Source: Alphaproteobacteria bacterium
GTDB taxonomy: Bacteria > Pseudomonadota > Alphaproteobacteria > UBA828
Reading direction: 5' to 3'
Length of the DNA: 64,000 nucleotides
Assembly: GCA_965221125.1 (NCBI GenBank)
Contig: CBDCRW010000006.1
Span: 160,001 to 224,000 of the forward strand
The notes under the pieces were generated by a model. It was not told the DNA's origin. It was given only the letters and a program-made list of their open reading frames with translations, and ran no database searches. Every line of letters begins with the position of its first letter. Within the stretch, counting starts at the first letter, position 1. Positions 1 to 9,557 of the stretch are shown here, one piece after another. The position numbers were made by a program, and so were the translations under genes.

Positions 1-1
1 C

Positions 2-499
2 GGCTGGTCCACCCTGGACGTCGCGATCTTCATCTGGGTGATCGTCGCCCTCGTCATGCTGGCGCTGTGGTGGACCGACCGCTCGCGCGCCGGCGCCGTG
101 CTGCGCGCGGTCGGCGAGGACGAGCTCGCGGCCCAGAGCGTCGGTATCAACCTGACGGCGGTGAAGGTCGGCGCGTTCGCCGCCGGCGGCTTCATCGCCG
201 GCATCGGCGGCGCGATCTACGCCCACTACACCACGCACATCGAGCACCTGAACTTCGGCGTCATGCTGGCGACCTTCGCCATCGCCTATCCCATCCTGGG
301 CGGCCTGCGCAACGTCTTCGGCACGCTCGTCGCCGTGATCTTCATCCAGGGGATTCTGGTCGAGGGCCTGCGCTTCATGGGCGACTGGCGGAACCTGCTG
401 TTCGGCGCGCTGATCGTGCTCGCCATGAACATCCAGCCGCGCGGGCTGATCGACGAGCGCTCGGTGAAGCTCGTGCGCGGGCTGTTCATCCGCAAGTAG
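2..499 (+). CDS. livM: Branched-chain amino acid ABC transporter permease (LivM-like), 5' end outside window
   Basis: Hydrophobic ORF open from the window start; 'LRAVGEDELAAQSVGIN', 'ILGGL' and 'PRGLI' motifs of BPD_transp_2 permeases. Confidence 0.85.
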   Translation, partial: GWSTLDVAIFIWVIVALVMLALWWTDRSRAGAVLRAVGEDELAAQSVGINLTAVKVGAFAAGGFIAGIGGAIYAHYTTHIEHLNFGVMLATFAIAYPILGGLRNVFGTLVAVIFIQGILVEGLRFMGDWRNLLFGALIVLAMNIQPRGLIDERSVKLVRGLFIRK

Positions 500-503
500 C
501 GCC

Positions 504-1271
504 ATGCCGATCCTCGAACTCACATCCCTCACCAAGCACTTCGGCGGCGTCCATGCCGTGGACGAGCTCGACCTCGCGGTGGAAGAAGGCGAGATCTTCG
601 GCCTGATCGGCCCCAACGGCTCGGGCAAGAGCACCACGGTCAACCTGATCTGCGGCGTGGTCTCGGTCACCGCCGGGCGCGTCGCCTTCGAGGGCCGCGA
701 CATCACCGGGACCGCATCGCACCGGGTGCTGGCGGCGGGCGTCGCGCGCACGTTTCAGAATATCCGCCTGTTCGGCCACCTCACGGTCTGGCAGAACCTG
801 TGGGTCGCGCAGAACTCGGTGGAGGACCGGCGCAGCGAGAACTTCGCGAAGCGCTGGTTCTTCGGCTCGGGCGCCGTGCGCGACGCGGTGGACCGGCAGC
901 TCGACTTCGCCGGCCTGATCGAGAAGCGCAACGAGCTCGCCGCCAACCTCGCCTTCGGCGAGCAGCGCCGCCTCGAACTCGCCCGGGCGCTCGCCACCAA
1001 GCCCCGCCTCCTGCTTCTCGACGAGCCCGCCGCCGGCATGAACCTGGAGGAGGTCCATGCGCTCGACGGCCGCCTGCGCGCGCTGCAGCAGGCGGGCATC
1101 ACCATCGTCCTGGTCGAGCACGTCATGGAGCTCGTCATGGGCGTGACCGACCGCATCGCGGTGCTCAACTTCGGGCGCAAGATCGCCGAGGGCCTGCCCG
1201 CCGAGATCCAGGAGAACGACGCGGTCCAGCAGGCCTATCTCGGCGGCAGCGTGGAGGCGGCGCATGCTTGA
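504..1271 (+). CDS. livG: ABC transporter ATP-binding protein (LivG-like)
   Basis: Walker A GPNGSGKST, 'ARTFQNIRLF', Walker B LLLLDEPAAG, C-terminal AYLG. Confidence 0.9.
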   Translation: MPILELTSLTKHFGGVHAVDELDLAVEEGEIFGLIGPNGSGKSTTVNLICGVVSVTAGRVAFEGRDITGTASHRVLAAGVARTFQNIRLFGHLTVWQNLWVAQNSVEDRRSENFAKRWFFGSGAVRDAVDRQLDFAGLIEKRNELAANLAFGEQRRLELARALATKPRLLLLDEPAAGMNLEEVHALDGRLRALQQAGITIVLVEHVMELVMGVTDRIAVLNFGRKIAEGLPAEIQENDAVQQAYLGGSVEAAHA

Positions 1272-2031
1272 GGTCAGCGGCATCGCCGCCGCCTACGGCA
1301 ACATCGAGGCCCTGCGCGGCGTCGACCTCGCGGTGGACGAGGGCGGCATCACCTGCCTGCTGGGCCCGAACGGCGCCGGCAAGACGACGCTGATGATGAC
1401 CATCGCCGGCATCCTGAGGCCGAGGCGGGGCAGCATCGGCTTTCTCGGCCGCGATATCACCGGCATGAAGCCGAGCGGCATCGTGCGGCGCGGCATCGCG
1501 CTGGTGCCGGAGAACCGGCTCGTCTTCCCCGACATGAACGTGCACGAGAACCTGATCGCCGGCGCCTACCTGCGGCTCGGCAAGAGCAAGGCGCAGGTGA
1601 ACCGGGACATCGACCACGTCTTCACCCGCTTCCCCCGGCTGGAGGAGCGCGCGAAGCAGATGGCGGGCACGCTGTCCGGCGGCGAGCAGCAGATGCTGGC
1701 CGTCGCCCGCGCGCTCATGGCGCGGCCCAAGCTGCTCATGATGGACGAGCCCTCGCTGGGCTTGGCACCCTTGGTGGTCGAGGAAATCTTCCGCATCATC
1801 GGCGACCTCAACGCCGACGGCACCACGATCTTCCTGGTCGAGCAGAACGCCCACATGGCGCTGCAGGTGGCCGATCACTTCTTCCTGCTGGAGCAGGGGC
1901 AGGTCACGTTCAGCGGCAAGCCCGGCCAGCTCTCCGAGCACGAGGTGATCCAGCGCGCCTACCTCGGCAAGGGCCAGGGGCGCGAGCAACCTGAGCCGGA
2001 CCGCGGCCGGCCCGACGGGGCGACGCTATAG
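1264..2031 (+). CDS. livF: ABC transporter ATP-binding protein (LivF-like)
   Basis: GPNGAGKTT, LSGGEQQM signature, DEPSLGLAP, LVEQN. Confidence 0.9.
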   Translation: MLEVSGIAAAYGNIEALRGVDLAVDEGGITCLLGPNGAGKTTLMMTIAGILRPRRGSIGFLGRDITGMKPSGIVRRGIALVPENRLVFPDMNVHENLIAGAYLRLGKSKAQVNRDIDHVFTRFPRLEERAKQMAGTLSGGEQQMLAVARALMARPKLLMMDEPSLGLAPLVVEEIFRIIGDLNADGTTIFLVEQNAHMALQVADHFFLLEQGQVTFSGKPGQLSEHEVIQRAYLGKGQGREQPEPDRGRPDGATL

Positions 2032-2082
2032 GCCGGCAGGCGCCGATGACCGGACCTCCGACAGCGACGCGGGACGGGGCCG

Positions 2083-2982
2083 GTGGTTGACTTCATCCAG
2101 AACTGCCTCGACGGCATCATGCTGGGCTCGTCCTATGCGCTGCTCGCCATAGGCTTCACCCTGATCTTCGGCGTCATGCGCCGGCTCAACCTCTCCTACG
2201 GGCCGTCGATCATGGTGGGCGCCTTCGTCGGCACGCTGGTCTATCTCGAATTCAAGGCCAATGCCGTCGCCATCGCCGCCGCCACCGTGGTCGGCGCCGT
2301 GATCGCCGGCATCTACGTCGAGCGCCTCTGCTTCCGCGCCATCCGGCGCGGCGCGGCGGTGGCGTCCATGGTCTCGAGCTTCGTCATCTGGATGCAGCTC
2401 GAAGAGATCGTGACCGTGGTGTTTCCGGATCGCACCTACCCCTTCCCGCCGCTGGTGACGGCCGATCCGGTGGAGCTTGGCCCCTTCTTCTTCAAGCTGG
2501 AGAACGTCGTGATGTTCGCCTGCGCGGCCGTCATGACCGTCCTGCTCCACTGGCTGCTGCAGCACACCCGCTTCGGCCTGGCCCTCCGCGCGGTCTCGGA
2601 GGACCCGCGCGCGGCCCGCTTCATGGGCATCAACGTGGGCGCGGTGATGTCCCTCGCCTTCGTCATCGCGTCCGCCTTCGGCGGCGTTGCCGCCTATCTC
2701 ATCGTGAGTGCCGACGGCCAGGTCACGCCGCTCTTCGGCCTCTGGGCCACCTTCAAGGGGCTGATCGCCATGATGCTGGGCGGCATGGGCTCGATCCCCG
2801 GCGCCATCCTGGGCGGCCTGCTGCTCGGCGTCGTCGAGGCGCAAAGCCTCTGGTATCTCGGTACCGAGTACCGCGACCTCTCCGCCTACTTCCTGCTCTT
2901 CCTCTTCCTGGTCTTCCGCCCCGGCGGCCTGATGGGCCAGCTCGCCGTGGAGCGCGAGCAGGCGGCGACGCGGCGGGTCTGA
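2083..2982 (+). CDS. livH: Branched-chain amino acid ABC transporter permease (LivH-like)
   Basis: 'GSSYALLAIGFTLIFG', 'LGGMGSIPGAILGGLLLG', 'RPGGLMG'. Confidence 0.9.
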   Translation: MVDFIQNCLDGIMLGSSYALLAIGFTLIFGVMRRLNLSYGPSIMVGAFVGTLVYLEFKANAVAIAAATVVGAVIAGIYVERLCFRAIRRGAAVASMVSSFVIWMQLEEIVTVVFPDRTYPFPPLVTADPVELGPFFFKLENVVMFACAAVMTVLLHWLLQHTRFGLALRAVSEDPRAARFMGINVGAVMSLAFVIASAFGGVAAYLIVSADGQVTPLFGLWATFKGLIAMMLGGMGSIPGAILGGLLLGVVEAQSLWYLGTEYRDLSAYFLLFLFLVFRPGGLMGQLAVEREQAATRRV

Positions 2983-2985
2983 GCG

Positions 2986-3897
2986 ATGGACAGCATCTAC
3001 CTCATCGCCGTCCTCTCCAACATCGGCATGATCTCGTTCATCGCGCTCTCGGCCTACCTGCTGCTCGTCGTCGGCGAGATCTCGTTCGGCCAGCAGGCCT
3101 TCTTCGCCGTCAGCGCCTACGGCTCCGGCATCGCCACCGCGATGTGGGGCTGGCCGATCTGGCTCGGCCTGCTGTGGGGCGCGCTGCTCGCGGGCGGCGC
3201 GGCGCTGATCGTGGCGATCCCGACCGTCCGCCTGCGCGGGCTCTACTTCTCCGTCGCCACGCTGGCCTTCGCCGAGATGGTGCGGCTGATCCTCGAGGTC
3301 TTCACCTACCAGGTCGAGATCGACGGCGAGCTGGTCGGCCCCGACGGCTCCGACGGCTTCCGCGACATCCGCGCCATCTACGACAGCAACGTCTCGGACT
3401 TCGAGTACCTGCTCATCATCTACGGGCTGCTGGCTGTGGTCCTCGTCGGCTTCCTGATCCTGGAGCGCTCCCGCCTCGGCGCCATCTTCCGCATGATCGG
3501 CGAGGACCCGATGCTGACCGAGATGCAGGGTCTCAACGTCAACGCCTACAAGATCCTGGCGGTCGTCATGGCGGGCGTCGTCGCCGGCGTCGGCGGCGCC
3601 CTCTACGCCCACTTGGCCACCTACGTCGAGCCCAAGATCTTCAACGTCATGCTGGGCGTGCACGGCCTGGCCTACGGCCTGATCGGCGGGCTGGGCACGG
3701 CCTTCGGGCCGCTCATCGGCGTCGCCATCGACATCGGCCTGCTGGAATCGATCCGCGCGATCTCCGGCTACCGCATGATCGTCTTCGGCGGCCTGGTGGC
3801 CGTGCTGCTCATCGTGCGCCCGCGCGGGCTCTTGGACGAAGCCGCCGTGCACTGGCTCGGCGCACGCTGCCGGGGTCTGCTCCGTGCTGAGCGTTGA
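2986..3897 (+). CDS. livM: Branched-chain amino acid ABC transporter permease (LivM-like)
   Basis: 'GEISFGQQAFF', 'RLRGLYFSVATLAFAE', 'RPRGLL'. Confidence 0.88.
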   Translation: MDSIYLIAVLSNIGMISFIALSAYLLLVVGEISFGQQAFFAVSAYGSGIATAMWGWPIWLGLLWGALLAGGAALIVAIPTVRLRGLYFSVATLAFAEMVRLILEVFTYQVEIDGELVGPDGSDGFRDIRAIYDSNVSDFEYLLIIYGLLAVVLVGFLILERSRLGAIFRMIGEDPMLTEMQGLNVNAYKILAVVMAGVVAGVGGALYAHLATYVEPKIFNVMLGVHGLAYGLIGGLGTAFGPLIGVAIDIGLLESIRAISGYRMIVFGGLVAVLLIVRPRGLLDEAAVHWLGARCRGLLRAER

Positions 3898-4639
3898 GCG
3901 CCTGAGCCGCGCCTTCGGCGGCGTCGCCGCGCTGGAGGACCTCGACCTCGCGGTCGCCGACGGCGAGGTGCTGGGGCTCATCGGCCCCAATGGCTCGGGC
4001 AAGACGACGCTCTTCAACGTGATCACCGGCGTCCATCCGCCGGATGCCGGCCGCGTCCTCCTGCGGGGCGCGGACATCAGCCATAGCACGCCGGCCCGGA
4101 TCGTCCGCCACGGCATCGCGCGGACCTTCCAGAACCTGCGCATCTACAAGCGCATGAGCGTGCGCGAGAACGTCTGGGTGGCGCAGCACAGCCTGCCCGG
4201 CGTCCGCCCCCTGGAGCTTCTGTCCAACCGCTCGGCGGCGGAGCGGGAACGCAGGATCGAGGTCGACCGGCTGCTCGACGCCGTCGGCCTCGCCGAGCGG
4301 CGGGACACGCTGGCCGGCAGCCTGCCGCTCCCCGACCAGCGGCGGCTGGAACTCGCCCGCGCGCTCGTGCGCTCCCCGTCGCTGCTGCTGCTCGACGAGC
4401 CGGCGGGCGGCATGACCCCGGCGGAGACGGCGGAGATGGCCGCGCTCATCCGCGACATCGCTCTGCCGGGGCGCACCTGCATCGTCATCGAGCACAAGCT
4501 CGACCTGATCTCGGAGCTCTGCCAGCGCCTCTGCGTTCTCAACTTCGGCCGCAAGATCGCCGACGGCGCGCCGGGCGCGGTGCTGCAGCAGGCCGAGGTG
4601 CTGGAGGCCTACCTCGGCCGGGACGCGGCCCATGCTTGA
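3884..4639 (+). CDS. livG: ABC transporter ATP-binding protein (LivG-like), second copy
   Basis: GPNGSGKTT, ARTFQN, LLLLDEPAGG. Confidence 0.9.
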   Translation: MLSVERLSRAFGGVAALEDLDLAVADGEVLGLIGPNGSGKTTLFNVITGVHPPDAGRVLLRGADISHSTPARIVRHGIARTFQNLRIYKRMSVRENVWVAQHSLPGVRPLELLSNRSAAERERRIEVDRLLDAVGLAERRDTLAGSLPLPDQRRLELARALVRSPSLLLLDEPAGGMTPAETAEMAALIRDIALPGRTCIVIEHKLDLISELCQRLCVLNFGRKIADGAPGAVLQQAEVLEAYLGRDAAHA

Positions 4640-5348
4640 GGTCCGCGACCTGCACGTGAGCTACGGCAAGGTGCGCGCCGTGCAAGGCGTGTCGCTGGCG
4701 GTGAACGAGGGCGAGATCGTCGCCCTCATCGGCGCGAACGGCGCGGGCAAGAGCTCGACCATGCACGCGGTCTGCGGCATCGAGCGCCCGGCCGCCGGCG
4801 AGATTCGCTTCCTCGGCCGGCACATCGCCCGCCTGACGCCGCACCGGATCATGCGGCGCGGCATCGTGCAGGTGCCGGAGGGCCGCCTGATCTTCGGCGG
4901 ACTCACCATCGCGCAGAACCTGCGGCTCGGCGCCTACAACGTGCCGGGCCGCGCCAAGGCCGAGGCGTCCATCGACGACGTGCTCGAGTTCTTCCCCATG
5001 CTTCAGGGTCGGCTCGACGAGCGCGGCTCGGCGCTAAGCGGCGGCCAGGCCCAGATGCTGGCGCTCGCCCGCGGGCTGATGGCCCGGCCCAGGCTCCTGA
5101 TGCTCGACGAGCCCTCGCTCGGCCTCGCCCCCATCGCGGCGCAGGAAGTCTTCGCCCTGATCGCGCGGCTGCGGGAGTCGGGCGTCACGATCCTGCTGGT
5201 CGAGCAGAACGTGCGCCAGGCGCTCGCCATCGCCGACCGGGGCTACGTGCTCGAAGGCGGGCGGATCATACTGGAGGGTGAGGCTGCGGCGCTCGCCGAA
5301 CATGAATTGTTGGTCAGTGCCTATCTCGGTCTGAAACGAGGAGGATGA
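4632..5348 (+). CDS. livF: ABC transporter ATP-binding protein (LivF-like), second copy
   Basis: GANGAGKSS, LSGGQAQM, DEPSLGLAP. Confidence 0.9.
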   Translation: MLEVRDLHVSYGKVRAVQGVSLAVNEGEIVALIGANGAGKSSTMHAVCGIERPAAGEIRFLGRHIARLTPHRIMRRGIVQVPEGRLIFGGLTIAQNLRLGAYNVPGRAKAEASIDDVLEFFPMLQGRLDERGSALSGGQAQMLALARGLMARPRLLMLDEPSLGLAPIAAQEVFALIARLRESGVTILLVEQNVRQALAIADRGYVLEGGRIILEGEAAALAEHELLVSAYLGLKRGG

Positions 5349-5351
5349 GCG

Positions 5352-5810
5352 ATGCGTATCCCGATCGGATTGTTGGCGCTCTCGGCGATGCTGGCGGCGA
5401 GCGTTTCGGCGTGGGCGGGCGAGCGTGTGGCGGCCGACGTGAGCTGCGCACCGGCGGCGGAAAAACTCACCTACGACTGCACGATCATGCTCACGGGCAG
5501 GAAGAGCGGCGATCCCGTCGAAGGCGCCGGGGTCGTCGTCAAGGCCGACATGCCGTCCATGCCGCTCGCGCACAACGTGCGGCCCGTGCAGGCTGCGCCC
5601 GGCCCCATGCCGGGCCACTACACCGCCACGCTTGAGCTGGAAATGCAGGGCGAGTGGGCGCTCACCCTCGACGTCAGCGGCCCGACCCGTGACCGCGTCG
5701 TCAAGAAGCTCGATTTCGGCGCCGGCGCCGGCGACATGGACCACGGCGAGATGAAGGACCACGGCGGCGACATGGACCACGGCGACATGGAGATGGACGA
5801 GGCCGAGTAG
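5352..5810 (+). CDS. Secreted YtkA/FixH-like protein with His/Met-rich tail (possible copper/metal chaperone)
   Basis: Signal peptide, 'ADMPSMP..H', 'PGHY...LEMQGEW' YtkA-like motif, C-terminal GDMDHG repeats; GAGGA RBS upstream. Confidence 0.7.
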   Translation: MRIPIGLLALSAMLAASVSAWAGERVAADVSCAPAAEKLTYDCTIMLTGRKSGDPVEGAGVVVKADMPSMPLAHNVRPVQAAPGPMPGHYTATLELEMQGEWALTLDVSGPTRDRVVKKLDFGAGAGDMDHGEMKDHGGDMDHGDMEMDEAE

Positions 5811-5888
5811 CCGGTCTTCTCCCGGCGATCCCGCGAGGCCCGCCAAGGGGCTTCACCTTTGCCGAGCCGGCAGGCAAGGTAACGGACC

Positions 5889-6833
5889 ATGCGCGTCTAC
5901 AGTGCCGACGAGACCCGGAACCTGCTGCCGTTCGGCGCGCTGATCGAGGCGCTGCGCGAGATGTTCCGGGCCGGCGCGGCCGCGCCCCTGCGCCATCACC
6001 ACGGCATCGCGTTAGACGGGCTGCCGGAGGCGACCCTGCTCCTGATGCCCGCGTGGAACCCGGCGGGCATCGGCGGGGTCAAGATCGTGAACGTCAATCC
6101 TGGCAACGCGACCATGGGCATGCCGGCGCTGTCCTCGTCCTATCTTCTCTTCGATGCGCGCACCGGCCGGCACCTCGCGATGCTGGACGGCGGCGAGATC
6201 ACCAACCGGCGCACCGCCGCCGCCGCCGCGCTCGCGGCGAGCTACCTGGCGCGCGCCGATGCGCGGCGGCTGCTGGTGGTGGGCGCAGGGCGCGTCGCCC
6301 GCAACCTGGCCGATGCCTTTCGCGCCGTGCGCCCGATCGAGGACGTGACGGTGTGGGACATCGACGCAGGCCTGGCCGGGCAGTTGGCGGAGAGGCTGAA
6401 CGGTGCGGGCTTCCGCGCCGCCGTCGCGGCCGACCTCGAAGCCGCGGTCGCGGACGCCGATATCGTCAGCTGCGCGACGCTCGCGACCGACCCGCTGATC
6501 GCAGGCGCCTGGCTCAGGCCGGGTCAGCACCTTGACCTGATCGGCAGCTTCCGGCCCGCCATGCGCGAGGCCGACGACGACGCGGTGCGCCGCGCGCGCG
6601 TCTACATCGACACCGACGGCGCGCTCAAGGAGAGCGGCGACCTCATCGGCCCGCTCCGCTCCGGCGCGTTGACGGAGGCGGAGATCGCGGGCGACCTCTT
6701 CGGCCTCTGCCGCGGCACCGCCGCCGGCCGCGGAGCCAAGCAGGAAATCACGCTGTTCAAGGCCACCGGAACCGCGCTCGCGGACCTCGCGGCGGCGACT
6801 CTCGCGCACCGAAGCCTGGGAGACGGGGACTGA
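5889..6833 (+). CDS. Ornithine cyclodeaminase/mu-crystallin family, likely delta1-pyrroline-2-carboxylate reductase
   Basis: 'LLLMPAW', 'T.RRTAAA', Rossmann GAGRVA, 'ITLFK..G.AL.DLAAA'; adjacent to a proline-racemase-family gene. Confidence 0.8.
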   Translation: MRVYSADETRNLLPFGALIEALREMFRAGAAAPLRHHHGIALDGLPEATLLLMPAWNPAGIGGVKIVNVNPGNATMGMPALSSSYLLFDARTGRHLAMLDGGEITNRRTAAAAALAASYLARADARRLLVVGAGRVARNLADAFRAVRPIEDVTVWDIDAGLAGQLAERLNGAGFRAAVAADLEAAVADADIVSCATLATDPLIAGAWLRPGQHLDLIGSFRPAMREADDDAVRRARVYIDTDGALKESGDLIGPLRSGALTEAEIAGDLFGLCRGTAAGRGAKQEITLFKATGTALADLAAATLAHRSLGDGD

Positions 6834-6889
6834 CCGGCGCTCCCGGCCGGGAGACCGGCGCGAGTATCAGCACAATCGCGGAGTGAACG

Positions 6890-7920
6890 ATGCGATCGCA
6901 ACGGCTGGTGCAGATCGTCGGCTGCCACGCGGAGGGCGAGGTGGGCGACGTCATCATCGGCGGCGTCGCCCCGCCGCCCGGTGAGACGCTGTGGGAGCAG
7001 TCCCGCTTCATCGCCCGCGACCAGTCCCTCCGCCGCTTCGTGCTGAACGAGCCCAGAGGCGGGGTCTTCCGCCACGTCAACCTGCTGGTGCCGCCCAAGG
7101 ATTCTCGTGCCGCCATGGGCTTCATCGTCATGGAGCCCGAGGACACGCCGCCCATGTCCGGCTCGAACAGCCTCTGCGTCGCCACGGTGCTGCTGGAGAC
7201 CGGCATCCTGCCGATGACCGAGCCGGAGACGGTGATGGTGCTGGAGGCCCCCGGCGGCCTCATCCGCGTCCACGCCGCGTGTAGCGACGGCCGCGTGGAG
7301 TCCGTCCGCGTGCACAACGTGCCGTCGTTCGCGGCCCGGCTCGGCGCCGCGCTGGAGGTCGAGGGGCTGGGCACGCTCACGGCGGACACCGCTTACGGCG
7401 GCGACAGCTTCGTGATCGTGGACTCAGGTCCGCTCGGCTTCGCGCTGAGTGCGGACGAAGCGCGGGACATCGTCGAGACCGGCATCCGCATCACGCGCGC
7501 CGCCAACGAGCAGCTCGGCTTTACTCATCCCGAGAACCCCGACTGGCGCCACATCTCGTTCTGCCAGATCGCGGCGCCGGTCGAGGACGTGGACGGCGTA
7601 CCCACCGGCCGCAACGCCGTCGTGATCCGGCCGGGCAAGATCGACCGCTGCCCGACCGGCACCGGCTGCTCCGCGCGCATGGCCGTGCTGCACGCGCAGG
7701 GCGCGCTCGGGGTCGGGGCGCGCTTCCGCGGCGTGTCGATCATCGATTCGGTCTTCGACTGCCGCATCGAGGGCGAGACGACGGTGGCCGGGCGCCCGGC
7801 GATCCTGCCCTCCGTCTCCGGCCGCGCCTGGGTGACCGGCACGACCCAGCTCCATCTCGACCCGCGCGATCCCTGGCCGGAGGGATATCGCCTGAGCGAC
7901 ACCTGGCCGCTCGGCCCGGA
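6890..7920 (+). CDS. Proline racemase family, Ser/Thr type, likely trans-3-hydroxy-L-proline dehydratase; no stop codon, frame runs on into the next gene (3' coordinate approximate)
   Basis: '[12 protein letters not shown]', 'LNEPRGG', catalytic positions MSGSN and DRCPTGTG, family C-terminus '[14 protein letters not shown]'. Confidence 0.75.
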
Positions 7921-8095
7921 CGTCGCCGCCACCCCAAACGACGGAGCGCAGAGGGCGACGACTGACGCGCGCTGCACGTCCGCTCCGGGGCGCGTAAGAT
8001 ACTTGATTCGGAGCCGGCACCTGCATCAAGTTCCGCTCCGAGCGCGGCCGGCGCGCATGGCGTGCCGCCCCGCGGCTGGAGGAGCCTATTCTGCG

Positions 8096-9523
8096 ATGAG
8101 CCAACCCGCCCAAGCCGACGTGTTCGAGCGCGACCCGGCCGCCATCGTGGGCGCGCTGGTCCGCCGCGCGCGCACGGCCATGGCGGCCTTCGCGGACGCG
8201 GACCAGGTGCGGGTCGACGAGGCGGTGACGGCGCTGGCGTGGTCGCTCTACAAGCCCGCGCACGCCGAGGCCCTTGCCGCGATGGCGGTGGACGACACCG
8301 GCCTCGGCAACGCGGCCGACAAGGTCGTGAAGAACCAGCGCAAGACCTTCGGCACGCTGCGCGACCTCATGCGGGCGAAGACCGTCGGCATCATCGAGGA
8401 GCGGCCGGAGCTCGGGCTCGTGAAGTACGCGAAGCCGGTCGGCGTGGTCGGCGCGGTGACGCCGTCGACCAATCCCGCCGCGACGCCGGTGAACAAGGCG
8501 ATGATGGCGCTCAAGGGCCGCAACGCCATCGTCATCGCGCCCTCGCCTGCCGGCCTGGCTACGACCACGCGCACGGTCGCGCTGATGCGGGCTGAGCTGC
8601 AGAAGATCGGCGCGCCGGCGGACCTCGTCCAGGTGCTCCCCGCCCCGGTGGACAAGGCGCTCACCCACGCGCTCATGGCCGCCTGCGACCTCGTGGTCGT
8701 CACCGGCTCGCAGAGCAACGTGCGCGCCGCCTACCGCAGCGGCACGCCGGCCATCGGGGTCGGCGCGGGCAACGTCCCGGTCATCGTCGATTCCAGCGCG
8801 GACCTGGGCGGGGCGGCTGAAAAAATCGCCGCGTCCAAGTGCTTCGACAACGCGACCTCGTGCTCGTCGGAGAACGCGGCGATCGTCCTGGACGACGTCT
8901 ACGACGAGGCGCTGGCGGCGCTGCAGCGCGCCGGCGGCTACCTGGCGAGCGCGGCGGAGAAGGAGGCGATCCAGAACACCCTCTGGGTGGACGGCGCGCT
9001 CAACCGCGATGTCATCGCCAAGGATTTTCCGGTGTTCGCGGCGGCGTGCGGTCTCGGCGAACGGGCGCAGGGCGCAAGGTTCGTCATGGTCGAGGAGACC
9101 GGCATCGGCCGCGACCATCCGTTCTCCGACGAGAAGCTCGCCCTGGTGCTCACCGTCTACCGCGCCCAGAGTTTCGACGACGCCATGGACAAGGTCCGCG
9201 CGATCATGGCGGTGAAGGGCCTGGGCCACTCCGTCGGCATCCACACGCAGGAGATCGCGCACGCGCGCAGGCTGGCGGAGGATCTCGACACCGCCCGCGT
9301 CCTGGTGAACATGGCGCACACCTTCGGCAACGGCGGCGGCTTCGACAGCGGGCTCAACTTCACGCTCTCCATGGGCTGCGGCACCTGGCAGGGCAACAGC
9401 ATCAGCGAGAACCTGAACTACCGGCACTTCCTCAACATCACCCATCTCGCGGTGCCGATCCCCGAGGACAGGCCCAGCGAGGAGGCGCTGTTCGGCGCCT
9501 ACTGGGCGAAGTACGGCAAGTAG
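8096..9523 (+). CDS. sauS: CoA-acylating aldehyde dehydrogenase, likely sulfoacetaldehyde dehydrogenase (acylating)
   Basis: In-frame ATG at 8096 after GGAGG; '[15 protein letters not shown]', 'GVGAGN', '[14 protein letters not shown]', '[22 protein letters not shown]'; xsc/pta/tauABC context. Confidence 0.75.
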   Translation: MSQPAQADVFERDPAAIVGALVRRARTAMAAFADADQVRVDEAVTALAWSLYKPAHAEALAAMAVDDTGLGNAADKVVKNQRKTFGTLRDLMRAKTVGIIEERPELGLVKYAKPVGVVGAVTPSTNPAATPVNKAMMALKGRNAIVIAPSPAGLATTTRTVALMRAELQKIGAPADLVQVLPAPVDKALTHALMAACDLVVVTGSQSNVRAAYRSGTPAIGVGAGNVPVIVDSSADLGGAAEKIAASKCFDNATSCSSENAAIVLDDVYDEALAALQRAGGYLASAAEKEAIQNTLWVDGALNRDVIAKDFPVFAAACGLGERAQGARFVMVEETGIGRDHPFSDEKLALVLTVYRAQSFDDAMDKVRAIMAVKGLGHSVGIHTQEIAHARRLAEDLDTARVLVNMAHTFGNGGGFDSGLNFTLSMGCGTWQGNSISENLNYRHFLNITHLAVPIPEDRPSEEALFGAYWAKYGK

Positions 9524-9557
9524 GCGCGGGCCGGAGCGCCATTCGGAACCAGGCATC

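Noticed and set aside
5730-5790. Short DNA repeats GGCGACATGGACCACGGCGA
   Set aside because: Explained by the coding GDMDHG repeats of the YtkA-like protein
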